31,395 bases of DNA from an uncultured Candidatus Izemoplasmatales bacterium. GTDB taxonomy: Bacteria; Bacillota_I; Bacilli_A; Izemoplasmatales; Hujiaoplasmataceae. Made by a program: the position numbers and the translations under genes. Location: positions 1 through 31,395 of the forward strand of contig CAZFHR010000002.1 of assembly GCA_964519115.1 (NCBI GenBank), written 5' to 3'. A model generated the notes under the pieces. The model was not told the DNA's origin. It saw nothing but the letters and a program-made list of their open reading frames with translations, and searched no databases. This document shows, piece after piece, positions 8,998 through 16,937 of the stretch (positions are counted from its first letter, which is position 1; each line of letters begins with the position of its first letter).

Positions 8998-9027
8998 TGG
9001 ACAAAACCGGCTTCGGCGTGATAGAAT
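8998..9027 (+). promoter_or_regulatory. Sigma-A promoter of ispE
   Basis: TGGACA-N18-TAGAAT with a TGn extension. Confidence 0.65.
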
Positions 9028-9072
9028 GAATGTATCGGCTCCGGCGAACGCCGGATGCGGGAAGGAAGAACA

Positions 9073-9954
9073 ATGCCAACCGAAACGCGTTCCATCGCCA
9101 TAAAGGCGTATGCCAAAGTGAACCTGTTTCTGAATGTTGCGGGAACACGGTCAGACGGCTACCATGATCTGGAGATGTTCAACGCCAAGATCGATCTGTT
9201 CGATGATGTCACGATCGAAACAACGGCTACTGCCGGGGCTGGCGTGACGATTCGATCCAACGACAAATATTTTGAAAACGGCGACAATCTGATCGTCCGC
9301 ATCGCCCGTCACATGCTTGCCTTTTATGCTCCTGGCGGCAATGTGACGATCACGATCGCCAAACGGATTCCGGCCGGAGCCGGACTCGGTGGCAATTCCG
9401 CCGACGCCGCGGCGGTTTTAAGGGGCATGGATCAATTGTTCGATTGGAACATCGGCACGCGGGGATTGGCGGAAATCGCATTGCGGTTTGGTGCCGATAT
9501 CCCTTACTGTCTGCATTCCGGTCCGGCGTTCGTGTTCGGCATCGGCGATAAAATCCTACCGGTCGGACTTGATCTTTCCGCATGCGGTATCCTGGTCGTC
9601 CATCCGCAAGTGTTCGTAGCCACGGAAGCGGCATTTGCGGCCTGGGACGCGGGCAACCAAAACCACGTTTCCACTCCTGTCATCGCGGCCGCCGTGGCGT
9701 CCGGAGAGCCGGAAGCGGTGTTCGCCGCGATGCAAAATGCTTTGGAACCAGCGACGTTTTCCATTTCGACTCCGACCCGTGACTTGCGGGATGCGATGGT
9801 CCGCTTTCTGGGTCCGGAGGGCGTCGTCATGACCGGCAGTGGGTCGACCATCGTCAAGGCGTTTGTGAGGAAAACTGCCGAAATCGATCGATTCATTGCA
9901 GAAAACGGACATAAATACCGGATATTTCTTCAGAAATTCGCGAATAAAGAATAA
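9073..9954 (+). CDS. ispE: 4-(cytidine 5'-diphospho)-2-C-methyl-D-erythritol kinase
   Basis: AKVNLFL, DGYHDL, KRIPAGAGLGGNSADAA (GHMP motif), GADIP and MTGSGS. Start moved to ATG 9073 behind GAAGGAAG. Confidence 0.93.
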   Translation: MPTETRSIAIKAYAKVNLFLNVAGTRSDGYHDLEMFNAKIDLFDDVTIETTATAGAGVTIRSNDKYFENGDNLIVRIARHMLAFYAPGGNVTITIAKRIPAGAGLGGNSADAAAVLRGMDQLFDWNIGTRGLAEIALRFGADIPYCLHSGPAFVFGIGDKILPVGLDLSACGILVVHPQVFVATEAAFAAWDAGNQNHVSTPVIAAAVASGEPEAVFAAMQNALEPATFSISTPTRDLRDAMVRFLGPEGVVMTGSGSTIVKAFVRKTAEIDRFIAENGHKYRIFLQKFANKE

Positions 9955-9961
9955 TCTCCAC

Positions 9962-9990
9962 TTGGAATGCCCCATTCAACGTGCTATAAT
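9962..9990 (+). promoter_or_regulatory. Sigma-A promoter of spoVG
   Basis: TTGGAA-N17-TATAAT with a TGn extension. Confidence 0.7.
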
Positions 9991-10009
9991 CCTGTTGTGG
10001 GGTGTTATC

Positions 10010-10297
10010 ATGTTGATTACCGAGGTACGGGTCAAACGCGTTGACGGCGAAAACCGCCTCGTCGGCATCGCGGCCATCACGTTCGATCAAAGTTTCGTCA
10101 TTCACGAACTCCGCGTCATCGAAGGACGCAATGGTTTGTTTGTGGCCATGCCCAGCCGGAAGATGCCAAACGGAGAATTCAAGGATGTCGCGCATCCGAT
10201 CAATTCGGAAACGCGGACGATGATTGAAAACGCCGTCCTGGAAGCGTTCCGGAACCTGCCGCCCCCGGCCGAAACGAGCGAACAGAAAGAAGCATAG
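10010..10297 (+). CDS. spoVG: SpoVG nucleic-acid-binding regulator
   Basis: ITEVRV...FVIHELRVIEGRNGLFVAMPSRK..NGEFKDVAHPINSETR. Start set at ATG 10010 behind GGGGTG. Confidence 0.95.
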   Translation: MLITEVRVKRVDGENRLVGIAAITFDQSFVIHELRVIEGRNGLFVAMPSRKMPNGEFKDVAHPINSETRTMIENAVLEAFRNLPPPAETSEQKEA

Positions 10298-10327
10298 TGC
10301 CGACTTGGTTCAGTTGGCACTTTTTTT
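10297..10327 (+). terminator. Intrinsic terminator after spoVG
   Basis: GTGCCGACT / AGTTGGCAC stem with one G-U pair, then T7. Confidence 0.85.
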
Positions 10328-10384
10328 ATGGCTGGCGCGGGTGTATAATATAGATGGTTGTCATAACGACCCTGGAGGGATAAG

Positions 10385-11335
10385 ATGGCGATCTTTCACG
10401 GATCGAAAGTAAAAGTGTTTTCGCTCAGTTCCAACCTCGAATTGGCCAATGAAATCGCAGCTTACATCGGCATACCGTTGTCTGATTGCGAAGTGACCCA
10501 TTTCGCCGACGGCGAAATCAACATCAACATCACGGAAACGGTGCGGGGACATAAAGTCTTCGTCATTCAGACGACTTCCAGCCCGGTCAACGAGCACATC
10601 ATGGAACTGCTCATCATGATCGACGCCCTGAAACGCGCTTCCGCCCGGGAAGTCAATGTCGTCATTCCCTATTACGGTTATTCGCGCCAGGACCGCAAGG
10701 CGAAGGCGCGCCAACCGATTTCCGCCAAACTTGTCGCCGACCTGTTGCAGGTCGCCGGCGCATCCCGCGTCATCAGTGTCGATTTGCACGCACCGCAGAT
10801 TCAAGGGTTTTTCAATATCCCGATTGATAATTTCCGCGCGATGCCGATCATCGCATCGTACATGAAAGCCAAGAATCTTCCCGACGTCTGTGTTGTATCG
10901 CCAGATCACGGCGGCGTCGCCCGGGCAAGAACGCTTGGCGACATCCTCACCGCCCCGATTGCCATCATTGACAAGATGCGTCCGGAACCGAACGTCGCCG
11001 AAGTGATGAACATCATCGGCAATGTGAAAAAAAAGAACTGCATCCTCATCGATGACATGATCGATACCGCCGGATCGATCGTCGCCGCCACGGAAGCGCT
11101 GATCGCGGCGGGAGCGAAAGAAATCTATGCCTGCTGCACCCATCCGCTGCTTTCCGGCCAGGCCGTCGAACGGATCATGGCTTCGCCTTTGGCTGAACTG
11201 GTCTGCACGAATACGATCTATCTGCCGCCAGAGAAGAGATTTTCAAAACTCACCCAGCTGTCGATTGCGTCCCTGCTCGGCCAGGGGATCATCAACATCA
11301 TCGACGACCAGGGCATCTCCACGCTGTTCAGCTGA
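10385..11335 (+). CDS. prs: Ribose-phosphate pyrophosphokinase
   Basis: [36 protein letters not shown] and DDMIDTAGS. Confidence 0.97.
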   Translation: MAIFHGSKVKVFSLSSNLELANEIAAYIGIPLSDCEVTHFADGEININITETVRGHKVFVIQTTSSPVNEHIMELLIMIDALKRASAREVNVVIPYYGYSRQDRKAKARQPISAKLVADLLQVAGASRVISVDLHAPQIQGFFNIPIDNFRAMPIIASYMKAKNLPDVCVVSPDHGGVARARTLGDILTAPIAIIDKMRPEPNVAEVMNIIGNVKKKNCILIDDMIDTAGSIVAATEALIAAGAKEIYACCTHPLLSGQAVERIMASPLAELVCTNTIYLPPEKRFSKLTQLSIASLLGQGIINIIDDQGISTLFS

Positions 11336-11353
11336 TTTTCATTGCTTCATCCC

Positions 11354-11393
11354 GGCACCCTCGCTCAGAAAACAGGCGGGGGTGCCTTATTTT
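11354..11393 (+). terminator. Intrinsic terminator after prs
   Basis: GGCACCCTCGC / GCGGGGGTGCC stem with one G-U pair, then TTATTTT. Confidence 0.75.
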
Positions 11394-11403
11394 CGGTTCG
11401 TTC

Positions 11404-11431
11404 TTTACAAAGACCGGCATTGTGTTATAAT
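11404..11431 (+). promoter_or_regulatory. Sigma-A promoter of the T-box/AlkD/asnS unit
   Basis: TTTACA-N16-TATAAT with a TGn extension. Confidence 0.75.
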
Positions 11432-11437
11432 ATAGGC

Positions 11438-11654
11438 AAATCGGAGAACGGAGAAGTACGACGTTAGACGGATCGAAGCGAACGGGGGATGGTGCGAGCC
11501 CCGCATCACGGAACGTCCGAACAACACCGGGAGAGACGGAAGAACCAAGTAGACCCGTCCGCCAGTCGGCGTTATCGACATCAAGTGCCGGAGCAATCCG
11601 GAAACAAGGTGGCACCACGGTGATTTCATCGTCCTTTTTACGGGCGATTTTTTT
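11438..11654 (+). ncRNA. T-box riboswitch leader with Asn (AAC) specifier
   Basis: Stem I has AGUA, the AGCGA/GGTG boxes and specifier AAC-A at 11523-11526. Stem II is GACGG/CCGTC with AGUA/GAA, followed by GCGTTA and stem III CCGGA-GCAA-TCCGG. T-box AAGGTGGCACCACG at 11606-11619. Terminator ATCGTCC/GGGCGAT plus a T-run at 11628-11654. Confidence 0.93.
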
Positions 11655-11670
11655 ATTTTTGGAGGGCAAG

Positions 11671-12381
11671 ATGAATCTGTACGAAGAACTTGCGTTATTT
11701 CAGACCAATCCAACGCCTTTGCCGGACAACCGATATCATAAGACCGGAAAAGGCGATTATCAGAACGGCGATCTTTTCCTCGGCGTCACCGCCCTGGGGA
11801 TCCGGACCGTCGCCTTGCATCATTTCGCCACGATCACCGAGGCAGAACTTGAACGCCTGCTCGCCTCGCCGGTCCACGATCACCGCGCCATCGCCGTCGC
11901 CATCCTCGCGATGCGCTCGCGCCGTGGTCCCGAAGCCGTCCGTCAGGAAATCATGGAATGGTATCTTCAGCACCTCGACCGCGTCAACGGCTGGGATCTC
12001 GTCGATGGATCCTGCATCGACATCGTCGGCCGGAGGCTGGTTGAAAGCAACGATTTTTCGCTTTTGCACGAACTCGTGGCTTCCGAGCACCTCTGGACCA
12101 AGCGCGTCGGCATCGTTTCGACGTTCGCGCTGATCCGGGCCGGATTTCTCGATGAAACGCTCGCCGTTCTGAAACAGGCGCTGTCCGATGAACGCGATCT
12201 CATTCACAAAGCGACCGGCTGGATGCTTCGTGAAGTCGGAAAACGCGATCGCGGCAAACTGGATCGCTTTCTCAGAGAGTATTATGACAAGTTACCCCGA
12301 ACGACGCTCCGTTATGCCATTGAACGGCACGAGGAAGCGACGCGTAAGGAAATACTGAAAGGCATCTTCAAGGAGGAATAG
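11671..12381 (+). CDS. AlkD-family (HEAT-like repeat) DNA alkylation repair protein
   Basis: KTGKGDY..GDLFLGV, VNGWDLVD, LWTKR, DLIHKATGWMLREVGK and PRTTLRYAIE. Start set at ATG 11671 behind GGAGGG. Confidence 0.88.
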   Translation: MNLYEELALFQTNPTPLPDNRYHKTGKGDYQNGDLFLGVTALGIRTVALHHFATITEAELERLLASPVHDHRAIAVAILAMRSRRGPEAVRQEIMEWYLQHLDRVNGWDLVDGSCIDIVGRRLVESNDFSLLHELVASEHLWTKRVGIVSTFALIRAGFLDETLAVLKQALSDERDLIHKATGWMLREVGKRDRGKLDRFLREYYDKLPRTTLRYAIERHEEATRKEILKGIFKEE

Positions 12382-12384
12382 CAC

Positions 12385-13836
12385 ATGGTAAGCAAAAAAG
12401 AAATCATCAACGGCATCATCGTCGAGCAGCTTGCACCGGCAACGGTCCTGCAGATGTCCGTCAAAGTCCTGAATGAATTATATCAAGACCTGGACGGCCG
12501 GCCGATCCGGCTCAACGGCTGGATTCGAAACAACCGCGCCCAAAAAGAATTCGGATTCATCGATCTCAACGACGGATCTTTTTTCGACACGATTCAAATC
12601 GTTTACGAAGAAGGAAAACTGGCCAACTTCAAAGATGTTCAGAAACTCCGCGTCGGAGCCTCAGTGAGCATTGAAGGTCTGCTGGTATTAACACCGGCAA
12701 TGAAACAGCCCTTCGAAATCAAAGCCAGTACGGTTGAGTTGCTCGGCGACAGCCCGGAAGACTATCCCATTCAGCCAAAACGCCATTCCCGCGAATTTCT
12801 TCGCGAGAACGCGCATCTGCGGATGCGTACCAATCTGTTCAACGCCGTTTTCCGGGTTCGCTCGGAAGTATCGTTCGCCATCCACAGTTTCTTCAACGCC
12901 CGCGAGTTCGTCTATGTGCACACCCCCATCATCACCGGATCGGACGCCGAAGGCGCCGGCGAGATGTTCCGGGTGACGACCCTCGATCTCGAAGGCCTGA
13001 TCAAGAGCGGCGCCAAGGAAATCGACTTTGGCAAAGACTTTTTCGGCAAGGCGACGAATCTCACCGTGTCCGGACAACTGCAGGTGGAATCCTATGCGAT
13101 GGCATTCCGGAACGTTTACACCTTCGGACCGACCTTCCGGGCCGAAAACTCCAATACGCAGCGACACGCTTCCGAGTTCTGGATGGTTGAGCCGGAGATC
13201 GCCTTCGCCGATATCCATGACGACATGCAACTCGCCGAAGACATGGTAAAACACATCATCAGGCACATCTTGACGAAGTGCGCAAACGAAATCGAATTTT
13301 TCGACCGGTTCGTCGAAAAAGGATTGAAAGCAAAGCTTGAGCACGTCGTCGGCTCGCAGTTCAAGTCCGTTACCCATCACGACGCGATCAACATCCTGCT
13401 CGCCAGTGGCGAACACTTCGAGAATCTGCCCCAGCACGGAGAAGACTTGGCGACGGAACATGAAAAGTTCCTGACGAAGCATTTTGACGGCCCCGTATTC
13501 GTCACCGACTGGCCCAAAGAAATCAAAGCGTTCTACATGCGACTGAACGATGACGGAAAAACCGTCGCCGCGGTCGATCTTCTCGTCCCCGGCGCCGGCG
13601 AACTCGTCGGCGGATCGCAGCGGGAAGAGCGGCTTGAAGTCCTGCTTTCCCGGATGCGGGAAATGCATGTGGCGGAGAAGGATCTGTGGTGGTATCTCGA
13701 CCTGCGCCGTTATGGCGGCTGCAAGCATGCCGGATTCGGCCTCGGCCTCGAACGGATGGTCATGTACGTGACCGGCGTCGACAACATCCGCGACGTCATA
13801 CCCTTCCCACGCACGCCCCGAAACTGTGAATTCTGA
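12385..13836 (+). CDS. asnS: Asparagine--tRNA ligase
   Basis: OB-fold GWIR, DAEGAGEMF, LTVSGQL, motif 2 GPTFRAENSNTQRHASEFWMVEPE and motif 3 HAGFGLGLER; agrees with the Asn T-box. Confidence 0.97.
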   Translation: MVSKKEIINGIIVEQLAPATVLQMSVKVLNELYQDLDGRPIRLNGWIRNNRAQKEFGFIDLNDGSFFDTIQIVYEEGKLANFKDVQKLRVGASVSIEGLLVLTPAMKQPFEIKASTVELLGDSPEDYPIQPKRHSREFLRENAHLRMRTNLFNAVFRVRSEVSFAIHSFFNAREFVYVHTPIITGSDAEGAGEMFRVTTLDLEGLIKSGAKEIDFGKDFFGKATNLTVSGQLQVESYAMAFRNVYTFGPTFRAENSNTQRHASEFWMVEPEIAFADIHDDMQLAEDMVKHIIRHILTKCANEIEFFDRFVEKGLKAKLEHVVGSQFKSVTHHDAINILLASGEHFENLPQHGEDLATEHEKFLTKHFDGPVFVTDWPKEIKAFYMRLNDDGKTVAAVDLLVPGAGELVGGSQREERLEVLLSRMREMHVAEKDLWWYLDLRRYGGCKHAGFGLGLERMVMYVTGVDNIRDVIPFPRTPRNCEF

Positions 13837-13839
13837 CAG

Positions 13840-13868
13840 GCGACGGCCCCCCGAAGGCCGCCGCTTTC
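13840..13868 (+). terminator. Weak terminator-like hairpin after asnS
   Basis: GCGACGGCC / GGCCGCCGC with one mismatch and only TTTC after it. Confidence 0.45.
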
Positions 13869-13902
13869 GTCCTGGCGTCAAAATCAGACAGGGAGAGATG
13901 CA

Positions 13903-15471
13903 ATGATGAAAAGAATCCTGCTACTATCGACGCTCGTGCTGGCGGCGCTCGCCTTCACCGGCTGTGGTCGAACCGTTGAAACGACGACGGCGACGACGAC
14001 TTCAAGTTCCACCGAAGTGGTGATTACGACAACCGTTACAACAACCGCTGCGACGACAGCAACCACGACGACCGAAGCCACGACGACCGAAGCGACGACG
14101 ACCGTCACGGACCCGCCGACGATTTTTGACGCCGTGAATGCTTTGACGAATCCATACAACATCGCGCTGTTTATGAACGAAGACCCTTACCATTACCTCA
14201 ATCTCAATTTCGTTCTGCCAACGGTCGATGTCGGCGCCGTCTATTGGCGCGCCGTCGATAACGAACTACTTACCTATATTATGAATGCCGACCTGAAGAC
14301 GACGACCGTCGGCAACAAGACGGTCTACGCCTACGCCGCGACGATCGGACCGCTGACGCCGGGAACGACGTACCGGTATCGCGTCGGAAATGTCCTTGGT
14401 ACAACGCTCAGCGAATGGCAAGAATATACAGCGCCGCAGCCGGATGCCGATTTTTCCTTCCTGTATCTCGCCGATCCCCAGGAAAACGCGGTCACGGGAT
14501 ACACGGCTTATGCCCATGCAATCCTCAGCGTGATGGCGTATGCCCAGCCGGAATTTGACTTTGCGATGTTTCCCGGCGACATGGTGAACGATGCCGATGT
14601 CCGGAGTCAATGGAATTGGTTCTTCCAGTATTCATCCGTTTTCTGCTATGGAAAGCCGATTGTCGCAACGATCGGGAATCACGAGTTTGACGGGATTTCC
14701 GACCCTTTCATGGATCGCCTCGAATATGACGGATATACCAACCTTCCGGCGAACGGACCCGTCTATGGACCGTTCGACGAACTCGAAGGCGATCTGCGGA
14801 CACCGGGAATCGATGCGGGGAAAACGTACAGTTTTGATTATGGTGCGGCACATATCGTCGCCATCGACACGGAAATATTTTGCGATGGTCTTACGGCTTG
14901 TTCGGACTATGATGCGGATAACGTCGCCATCCTCCTGGACTGGCTAGCGAACGATCTGGAGGCGGCCGGGTCCGTCTGGAAAATCGTCCTTCTTCACCGC
15001 GGACCTTATGCGTTGTCCTATGATTCGGCACTCATCCGCACCCTGCTCGTGCCGACACTCGAGGCGTACGGCGTCGACCTTGTCCTTGCCGGCCACGATC
15101 ACCAGTATTCCCGCTCCGTTTACTGGACGGGAGCGCTTGCCGGGTTCACCCGTTCGGACGTCTATACTCTTGGAACGGTGTCGCTTCTGCAAGAAACGGG
15201 TGGAACCGAATGGAATTTCAACGATTATCCACGCGAACTCGGCATTACCTATCTCGTCGGGAACACCGCGGGGACGAAATACTATGGCGGTTCCAAAAGT
15301 TCCGGCATTCCCGTCCATTATGAATACGATGGCGAATGCCCGGTCATTCCGATCATCACCGTGACGAACGACGCCATCACCGTCGTGTCCTATATCGTGT
15401 TGAAAGACTCGGCGCTGGCGATCGTCCCGACCGGCGTGGCGATACTGGAAACGTTCACGATCCGCAAATGA
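13903..15471 (+). CDS. Lipoprotein metallophosphoesterase (calcineurin-like, purple-acid-phosphatase-like with FN3-type N-domain)
   Basis: Lipobox FTGC, Thr-rich linker, YRYRVG (FN3/PAP N-domain) and metal motifs ADPQ, GDMVND, GNHE, LLH, GHDH. Confidence 0.85.
   Translation: MMKRILLLSTLVLAALAFTGCGRTVETTTATTTSSSTEVVITTTVTTTAATTATTTTEATTTEATTTVTDPPTIFDAVNALTNPYNIALFMNEDPYHYLNLNFVLPTVDVGAVYWRAVDNELLTYIMNADLKTTTVGNKTVYAYAATIGPLTPGTTYRYRVGNVLGTTLSEWQEYTAPQPDADFSFLYLADPQENAVTGYTAYAHAILSVMAYAQPEFDFAMFPGDMVNDADVRSQWNWFFQYSSVFCYGKPIVATIGNHEFDGISDPFMDRLEYDGYTNLPANGPVYGPFDELEGDLRTPGIDAGKTYSFDYGAAHIVAIDTEIFCDGLTACSDYDADNVAILLDWLANDLEAAGSVWKIVLLHRGPYALSYDSALIRTLLVPTLEAYGVDLVLAGHDHQYSRSVYWTGALAGFTRSDVYTLGTVSLLQETGGTEWNFNDYPRELGITYLVGNTAGTKYYGGSKSSGIPVHYEYDGECPVIPIITVTNDAITVVSYIVLKDSALAIVPTGVAILETFTIRK
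14065..14103 (+). repeat. 15-bp tandem repeat encoding TTTEA in the Thr-rich linker
   Basis: ACGACGACCGAAGCC, ACGACGACCGAAGCG, ACGACGACC. Confidence 0.8.
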
Positions 15472-15477
15472 ATCCGA

Positions 15478-15506
15478 AGCCGCGGCAGAACCGCGGCTTT
15501 TCTTTT
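15478..15506 (+). terminator. Intrinsic terminator
   Basis: AGCCGCGG / CCGCGGCT stem, then TTTCTTTT. Confidence 0.85.
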
Positions 15507-15527
15507 GTGTCGGTTTTTCCGGCGCCG

Positions 15528-15536
15528 TGATATAAT
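15528..15536 (+). promoter_or_regulatory. Extended -10 promoter of the WG-repeat gene
   Basis: TGATATAAT 37 nt before the ATG. Confidence 0.65.
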
Positions 15537-15573
15537 GGAAATGATAAAAAGGATCATGACGGAGGCGAAAACG

Positions 15574-16869
15574 ATGAAAAAATCGATGAAATGGCAACGG
15601 CTTTTCATCGCCGCGACCGGACTATTGCTGTTCGCAGCGATCGGATGCACCGCGGCGGGAGTGCCGGGCGGATTCTACAACGATGGCCTGGCGGCGGTCC
15701 GATCCGGAAACGCATGGGGATACGTCGACAAGAGCGGCGCTGTGGTCATCGATTTTCAGTATGACGACGCTTATGCATTTGAGCGCGGAGTCGCGATCGT
15801 CATGGAAAATCACGAAGCGATTCTGATCGACGCCACGGGCGCCGTTCTTGCGGCTGATGGATACGATCTCCTCGATGTCGACGACGAAACCGGACTCGTC
15901 TGGTATAAAAAACAGGGCAAAGTCGGACTATTGAACCGTTCCGGCGCCGTCATCCTTGCTGGAGAGTATTATTTTCCGTCATGGCAGGCTTTGTTTCTAT
16001 GGACGCCTGCATTCCGTGAAGGCCGGGCAGTGTTGTCGAATGGGACACATTACGGTTTCATCGATACGATCGGCATGTGGGTCATCGAACCCGACTACGC
16101 CGAAGTCGGCGACTATCGTTTCGACCTGGCGCCGGTACGTACGGGAAGCAAGTGGGGATATATCGATGAAATCGGAAACGTCGCGATCGACTTTCTCTAC
16201 GACGCAGCCGAACCGTTCGGCGAACGGCGGCTTGCCCAAGTGACGCTGGACGGCGAAAAGGCACTGATCAAGACCGATGGCACGGCCGTTCTTTCCGGAT
16301 TCTATCGGATAACGGTCACGGACGGGCTCATATTCGGAACCATCGGGGAAAATCACAGCTTATATGATCAGAACGGCAACGCCCTCATATCCTTTTCCCG
16401 CACCGTATGGAATTATGAGATCATTAGCGAGCGGTTCATCCGGTTTTACCAGGTTTTGGGAACGACAAACGTGATCTACGATGGTAACGGAGAGATTTAT
16501 CTGGAGTATGAAAGTAATTCTGCAATGGCTCCCGACGACTGGCTGTTCGTCGAAGATGAAATCTGGTTCATCTACGAAAACGGCACCACAGTCACGGTGA
16601 CGGGAGAGTATAAGACCTTCGTGATCGAGGCTGACGCCTACGTGGCGCCCGCTGGCGGGTACCGAATCATCGCGTCCCGCGGCGGATTGCTCGGCGTGAT
16701 CGGATTCAACGGTGACATCATCGTTGATTGCGTGTACTCGGGCATCGCCGCCAGCACGGATGGATATTTTCTGATTTCGCTTCCAGACATTGCGGCCTTT
16801 GGCTGTTTGGATCGTAAGGGAAGAACCATCTTGCCAACCATCTATAGCGACATCCGCGTCGGGCAATGA
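15574..16869 (+). CDS. WG-repeat (WG_beta_rep-like) lipoprotein
   Basis: Lipobox AIGC; repeats such as GLAAVRSGNAWGYVDKSGAVVIDFQYD and LAPVRTGSKWGYIDEIGNVAIDFLYD. Start set at ATG 15574 behind GGAGG. Confidence 0.85.
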   Translation: MKKSMKWQRLFIAATGLLLFAAIGCTAAGVPGGFYNDGLAAVRSGNAWGYVDKSGAVVIDFQYDDAYAFERGVAIVMENHEAILIDATGAVLAADGYDLLDVDDETGLVWYKKQGKVGLLNRSGAVILAGEYYFPSWQALFLWTPAFREGRAVLSNGTHYGFIDTIGMWVIEPDYAEVGDYRFDLAPVRTGSKWGYIDEIGNVAIDFLYDAAEPFGERRLAQVTLDGEKALIKTDGTAVLSGFYRITVTDGLIFGTIGENHSLYDQNGNALISFSRTVWNYEIISERFIRFYQVLGTTNVIYDGNGEIYLEYESNSAMAPDDWLFVEDEIWFIYENGTTVTVTGEYKTFVIEADAYVAPAGGYRIIASRGGLLGVIGFNGDIIVDCVYSGIAASTDGYFLISLPDIAAFGCLDRKGRTILPTIYSDIRVGQ

Positions 16870-16885
16870 CGATTGCGATTAATGC

Positions 16886-16930
16886 AAAAAAAAGAGCGGT
16901 TCCTGCGTTTCGGCGGGAGCCGCTTTCTTG
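16886..16930. terminator. Probable bidirectional terminator between the WG-repeat and SPFH genes
   Basis: A8 tract, 13-bp stem 16894-16906 / 16913-16925 with three G-U pairs on the + strand, then TCTTG. Confidence 0.65.
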
Positions 16931-16937
16931 ATTAAAG

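Noticed and set aside
9040-9070. Hairpin TCCGGC-GAAC-GCCGGA and a nearby GGAAGGAAG resembling part of SRP RNA
   Set aside because: The rest of the SRP domain IV (UCAGG...AGCAG) is absent. It is best read as a 5' UTR hairpin plus the ispE RBS.
10296-10327. AGTGCCGACT...GGCAC-T7 resembles a tracrRNA 3' hairpin
   Set aside because: It is an ordinary terminator directly after the spoVG stop, and no cas genes or repeat-spacer array are in the window.
14065-14103. Short tandem repeats as a possible CRISPR array or mobile-element end
   Set aside because: They are in-frame Thr-codon repeats inside a coding linker with no spacers.
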